Assembly: GCA_002352385.1 (NCBI GenBank)
Contig: DEII01000052.1
Location: forward strand, 5,580-69,579
Direction: 5' to 3'
DNA from: Methylococcaceae bacterium UBA2778
Lineage (GTDB): Bacteria > Pseudomonadota > Gammaproteobacteria > Methylococcales > UBA2778
DNA: 64,000 nucleotides
Below the pieces are notes generated by a model. That model saw nothing but the letters and a program-made list of their open reading frames with translations. It made no database searches and was not told where the DNA came from. The position numbers were made by a program, and so were the translations under genes. Of this stretch, positions 61,201 through 64,000 are shown piece by piece. Position 1 is the stretch's first letter. Every line of letters starts with the position of its first letter.

Positions 61201-62084
61201 CGTTTCAGATACTAGAGGAACGCGTTAAGCTGGTGCGTGAGAAGTGCGCGGACCGAGCGGCACGTCAGAAATGGTGGCAGCACGCTCGAACTCGTCCAGA
61301 TCTTTATGCAGCCATAAACGGACAGAGTCGTGTCCTCGTGCATACGCGGCATACCAAAACGCACGCATTTACATTTGTTGAGAATGATCAAGTTTTTTCC
61401 GACGCGCTCGTTGTAATCGCCCGCGACGACTGGCATTCTTTCGGCGTTTTGCAATCTTCAATGCACGAGTTTTGGGCTTGGCAATATGCTTCGACCCTTA
61501 AAACAGACCGTCGCTACTCGCCAACGCAGTGTTTTGAAACTTTCCCGTTTCCTTTACCTGGGAGGTCATCAGACGATGTAATGGTCAAGGGCAAGACCTA
61601 CCACAAACGCCGCCGCCACCTCATGCTCAAGATGCAGTTGGGCCTCACCAAGACCTACAACCTGTTCCACGACCCGAACCTTTCGCCCGAAACCGTAGAA
61701 AAGGCTAGCAAGCAAAGCGCCGACATCGCCGCCGAGGCGTACCGGGACATTCTCAAACTCCGCGACCTGCACCGCCAGATGGACGAGGCCGTACTCGCCG
61801 CCTATGACTGGCACGAAAACAATGAAAAATGGGGTCCCGCCATCGAACTGCGCCACGACTTCTACGAAGTCGACTACCTGCCGGAAAACGACCGCATCCG
61901 CTACACCATTCACCCCGACGCTCGCAAGGAAGTCCTCAAGCGCCTTCTACTCCTCAACCACGAACGCTACCAAGAAGAAGTCAAACAGGGCCTGCACGAC
62001 AAGAAAAACAAAAAGAAGCGCAGCGGAAAACCGGTGCTCGTGTCTGTTCAAGCGGATCTATTCGCAGGGCAAGCGCAAAAATGA
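58203..62084 (+). CDS. drmMI: 1,293-aa Eco57I-type gamma-class N6-adenine DNA methyltransferase (DISARM DrmMI-like)
   Basis: Motif I is VCDVACGSGHILLNAARRI and motif IV is CILGNPPYLGDKK. There are large N- and C-terminal extensions. The start shares an ATGA overlap with the upstream gene. Confidence 0.8.
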   Translation: MIFPSIRIEGAILSGDILDAIERGGKSFQTAKDFGLDPTGKVKDEIAEAWAAARAYWAAYQTRLERLREGATGTTETRNLWMTPLLGLLGYQSELAGRGEVVQRKNFAISHRDLSRNGFPIHIMGWNDSLDKKRTDSGPRMSPHALVQEYLNLTEHLYALVTNGRLLRLLRDSSRLIKLSFIEFDLERMLTEELYADFAILYRLLHASRMPVKQEAANESIIETYHQDALDSGSRIRDGLSNAVEQSILQLANGFLANSANEALREAIAGGESNARDFYQSLLRLIYRLLFLMVIEERDLVYPRKADRRLRDIYYKHYSIQRLRKLSEKRHFADRNYQDAWTGLKATFRLFEDARYGGKLGIAPLAGDLFDTGAIGMLSDCRLDNAVLLTCLRNLSLFHNPVTKQLMRVNYAALNVEEFGSVYEGLLEYDPQILEIDDRFEFRFVKGEGRSTSGSHYTPDELVQPLIKHSLDYIIADRLKQAEPEKALLGITVCDVACGSGHILLNAARRIATELTVLRTGEDQPSPAAFRETVRDVIRHCVYGVDINPLAVELCKVALWLEAHNPGEPLNFLDHHIKCGNAIVGLAREDELERGIADEAFKTLPDDDKEIAAGLRRKNKEERKGAQQLNWEDVCVAEMPALHRQLAEIQRLPESTPEEVQSKQRRYRNYLHSYHREHLKTLANLKVAQFFIPKREETLKGITTHDQYRGYLSGGVVLSEAAAMAREMADEKRFFHWFLEFPEVFEKGGFDCILGNPPYLGDKKLRSAFGASFVNYVNTAYIPGSACDLITYFLRRDFDILKGDGFFSLITTNSVSEGATRKCGLHHIMDKGGEINFAVDSAPWPGAAAVIISLIALYKGQWYGERLIANHKVPFISSFIDDSVIKGDPKILQSNEGLSFIGNYVLGNGFLLDQTEAQGLRNMDSRHAEVVVKYLIGDDLNTDHLQRASRYVINLGTAPIQRIDRSVWESATRKEQRQFLSSGLCDPDYEGLLAPDFGRPFQILEERVKLVREKCADRAARQKWWQHARTRPDLYAAINGQSRVLVHTRHTKTHAFTFVENDQVFSDALVVIARDDWHSFGVLQSSMHEFWAWQYASTLKTDRRYSPTQCFETFPFPLPGRSSDDVMVKGKTYHKRRRHLMLKMQLGLTKTYNLFHDPNLSPETVEKASKQSADIAAEAYRDILKLRDLHRQMDEAVLAAYDWHENNEKWGPAIELRHDFYEVDYLPENDRIRYTIHPDARKEVLKRLLLLNHERYQEEVKQGLHDKKNKKKRSGKPVLVSVQADLFAGQAQK

Positions 62085-62413
62085 GGCGCTGGGCGCGGCA
62101 ATGCTTCAAGGCGGAGCCGATGAATGTGGACGCCGCAATCGCGATAATGAGGCGGCCCAACCGGGCGGGTTGGGACCCATGCAGCCAAACAGATTGCATT
62201 TTTGGTCATGACTGCCCGGAACTCGAAGCCCTCTCCGGGAACGACGGCGTGTTCGACGTGCTCGACCCCGCAGTCCGCAAGAAATCCATCCAGGCGCTGC
62301 CCTTCGTGACGCATTGCTGCACAATGGAGGCGTGTGTCGGATACCTGTGTAAAAGTAGAGCGGGTCAATTCAGGCAAAAGGGCACTGGCGTCTGTCCGAG
62401 GCTGTTTGCATGA
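62081..62413 (+). CDS. possible 110-aa Cys-rich protein (uncertain; the region could instead be non-coding)
   Basis: ATG 62081 overlaps the methylase stop as ATGA, and its own stop overlaps the next ATG as ATGA. The product, MRRWARQCFKAEPMNVDAAIAIM...CSQTDCIFGHDC...THCCTMEACVGYLC..., has 9 Cys. The frame is also open far upstream inside the methylase gene, which is a warning sign for chance ORFs in GC-rich DNA. Confidence 0.35.
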   Translation: MRRWARQCFKAEPMNVDAAIAIMRRPNRAGWDPCSQTDCIFGHDCPELEALSGNDGVFDVLDPAVRKKSIQALPFVTHCCTMEACVGYLCKSRAGQFRQKGTGVCPRLFA

Positions 62414-63375
62414 GAAGCGGCGACGAAAGACTTCTGAACCCGGCAGATTTACCGTCCAGCCTGTGGGATGCCGGATCAAAGATACTTAGTTTGCCGCCTG
62501 CTTTGGCGCGGGCATACGAGACGCTCATCGACCGGCATGGACCGCGGGCTCTTGCCAATAGCCGAGATCGAGACGATTCGCCCGTGGGTGGCCTTACTCA
62601 GGAAAAAACCGACGAACATTTCGCCCAAGCCTTCGATGGTTCTGCAGCGCGAGCACAACTTGCCATGCTCGACCCTAAAAAGGACGCGACTGCAGCGTCA
62701 AATGCCTATATTAAAAGCCTTGCTGGAAATCGGTTGAGCCTGACCGACGCGCCTTGCGGGGCGGGAGCGGCAGCGCTCGCGTTTTTGGCGAATGCGGCCG
62801 CATTACGTGCGAGCGGTGTTTTACCTCGGGAACCATTGGATGTTTATCTGATCGGTGCAGAACTTTCGGAACCGGCCAGAGTTTATGCGGAAGAGCTTCT
62901 GGCAGAACTTACGCCATCATTGGAGGCGCAAGGAATCTTTGTGGCAGCAGAATTTGTCTTTTGGGATGTCACGGATGACCTCAGAAATACCGATCTTATT
63001 CGAAAAATGACGCTTGCGGCAGCAAGCAATCCAAATCGCTTGCTTGTTGTTGCTAACTTCAACGCATTCCTTGAGAAAGAGGCGAAAAAAAAGGATGCAG
63101 AACCTCAGCTTGCAGAGTTATTTCGTCACGCATCGGGTAAGCAGAGTGTTGTAGTGTGGATTGAACCAGATATGAATCGGGCTGTCTGTAGCTTGTTTCC
63201 CTGGCTTTGTAAAATGATAAAGGGCGCTTGGAGGCGTTTTGCTACTGTGACGATGAACATCGACGACCCTATTGCAACATCCCACGCACGATTCCATCTG
63301 CCGCTAAACCCTGACCAGACTGCGAGGGTGGGATTCGCAGTGATGCCGATCGAGCTCGTGCGCAGCAGCAAATGA
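62410..63375 (+). CDS. 321-aa methyltransferase-like protein with intact motif I and a degenerate motif IV
   Basis: LSLTDAPCGAGAAALAFL resembles the D.PCG.G..L SAM-binding motif I of N6-MTases. About 100 aa downstream, where (N/D)PP(Y/F) is expected, the sequence is LLVVANFNAF. ATGA overlaps at both ends. Confidence 0.5.
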   Translation: MRSGDERLLNPADLPSSLWDAGSKILSLPPALARAYETLIDRHGPRALANSRDRDDSPVGGLTQEKTDEHFAQAFDGSAARAQLAMLDPKKDATAASNAYIKSLAGNRLSLTDAPCGAGAAALAFLANAAALRASGVLPREPLDVYLIGAELSEPARVYAEELLAELTPSLEAQGIFVAAEFVFWDVTDDLRNTDLIRKMTLAAASNPNRLLVVANFNAFLEKEAKKKDAEPQLAELFRHASGKQSVVVWIEPDMNRAVCSLFPWLCKMIKGAWRRFATVTMNIDDPIATSHARFHLPLNPDQTARVGFAVMPIELVRSSK

Positions 63376-64000
63376 AACGCTCGCGTCCCGGCATCCTCTC
63401 TGTGCGCACGGTCAATCAATACCGCCGTCGCGACGTCCTGACTTACCTCGGACTGCGTTACTACCTGGAGAATACTGCCGCCCGCACCGACCAATGGGCG
63501 AGAGAGGTGGCAACGCATCTGGTGATGACGCGGAGTGATCCACCGTACTTCCGTGCGCTGCATTTCAAGGAGAGCACCCAAGAGGGCCAAATTGAGTATC
63601 GTCCTATCTTTCTTCCGGGTGCCAACGAGGCATTGGCGGAAGCGGCTCTGCTCGACGAGTGCGCCAAGCATCGTGCATTTGTAAATCCAGACTGCGTGTT
63701 CAGTTATCACCTGTGTTGTGGACAGGATCGGAACGGTGTTTATCAGCCCTATTTCGGAGGTCTTCAACGCCGACATCAAGCCATAGCAGAGGCTTGCGAT
63801 CGCTATCCTGGCGGGCAGGTTCTGTATATCGACATAAAGCGGTTCTACCCATCGATCCCTGTGAAACTTGCGATTGACGCCTGGAGGAAGCACGCCGAGT
63901 CTGCTGATTTCAGCGCGAAATGGCGCGACCTCGGCGAACATCTCATTCAGCAACATGCCAAAGTTGCCGAGCGTGACGGCAAAGGCATCCTTACCGGTCC
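63372..64000 (+). CDS. reverse transcriptase (Abi/UG/DRT-like), N-terminal 209 aa only; continues beyond the window
   Basis: Own translation: MKRSRPGILSVRTVNQYRRRD.... RT motif 1-like is EYRPIFLPGANEALAEAALL, motif A is VLYIDIKRFYPSI, and motif B-like is GKGILTGP at the window edge. The order and spacing fit the RT palm/fingers. The YxDD box would lie beyond 64000. Confidence 0.7.
   Translation, partial: MKRSRPGILSVRTVNQYRRRDVLTYLGLRYYLENTAARTDQWAREVATHLVMTRSDPPYFRALHFKESTQEGQIEYRPIFLPGANEALAEAALLDECAKHRAFVNPDCVFSYHLCCGQDRNGVYQPYFGGLQRRHQAIAEACDRYPGGQVLYIDIKRFYPSIPVKLAIDAWRKHAESADFSAKWRDLGEHLIQQHAKVAERDGKGILTG

Noticed and set aside
61829-62413. 194-aa ORF from the track that overlaps the end of the methylase gene.
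   Set aside because: The first roughly 84 codons are out of frame inside a gene with clear MTase motifs. I kept only the last 110 codons, from ATG 62081, and only as a low-confidence candidate.
63126-63956. 276-aa minus-strand ORF spanning the junction between the MTase-like gene and the RT gene.
   Set aside because: The plus strand carries ordered RT motifs and ATGA-coupled starts. The minus-strand product has no recognisable motif and crosses a gene junction.
1-64000. Looked for CRISPR arrays, rRNA genes, and a tRNA gene that could mark the ICE attachment site.
   Set aside because: There are no regularly spaced direct repeats and no rRNA-like stretches. I could not spot a cloverleaf-compatible sequence by eye. 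A tRNAscan-SE or Infernal run would be decisive. The ICE ends and integrase are probably outside this window.

Overview
This window reads as part of a GC-rich proteobacterial integrative conjugative element (ICE) of the PFGI-1/ICEclc type, carrying several unrelated cargo blocks of different base composition. All family assignments come from reading motifs by eye; no searches were run.

From left to right:
1. A partial membrane-protein gene, followed by a stretch of IS debris (about 0.9-6.1 kb). It holds an IS3 OrfB fragment, a split DDE transposase, and an ISKra4/ISLre2-like transposase gene interrupted by an intact IS3-family element with an A9 frameshift site.
2. A 22.7-kb minus-strand operon (28788->6119). 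It encodes a metzincin-like HExxH protein, a protein with a C-terminal PGRP/amidase_2 domain, and two giant ORFs of 2,993 and about 3,650 codons joined by an ATGA overlap. I cannot place either giant in a known family. This is the strongest candidate for something undescribed.
3. A MITE-like element, then an AT-rich PEGA-lipoprotein/DUF1353 pair, then more IS debris.
4. The ICE core: an FlhDC (BisDC/SetCD)-like activator pair, a MobH-like relaxase homologue, and a contiguous 14-gene T4SS block (37.0-49.2 kb).
5. A defence island: an orphan AbiEi, then a DISARM class-1-like trio (a giant DEAD-helicase/DUF1998/Vsr-like fusion, an SNF2 helicase and an Eco57I-type N6A methylase). This trio is linked by consecutive ATGA overlaps to a small Cys-rich ORF, a degenerate methyltransferase-like protein and a reverse transcriptase that runs off the window.

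I saw no rRNA genes, tRNA genes or CRISPR arrays.
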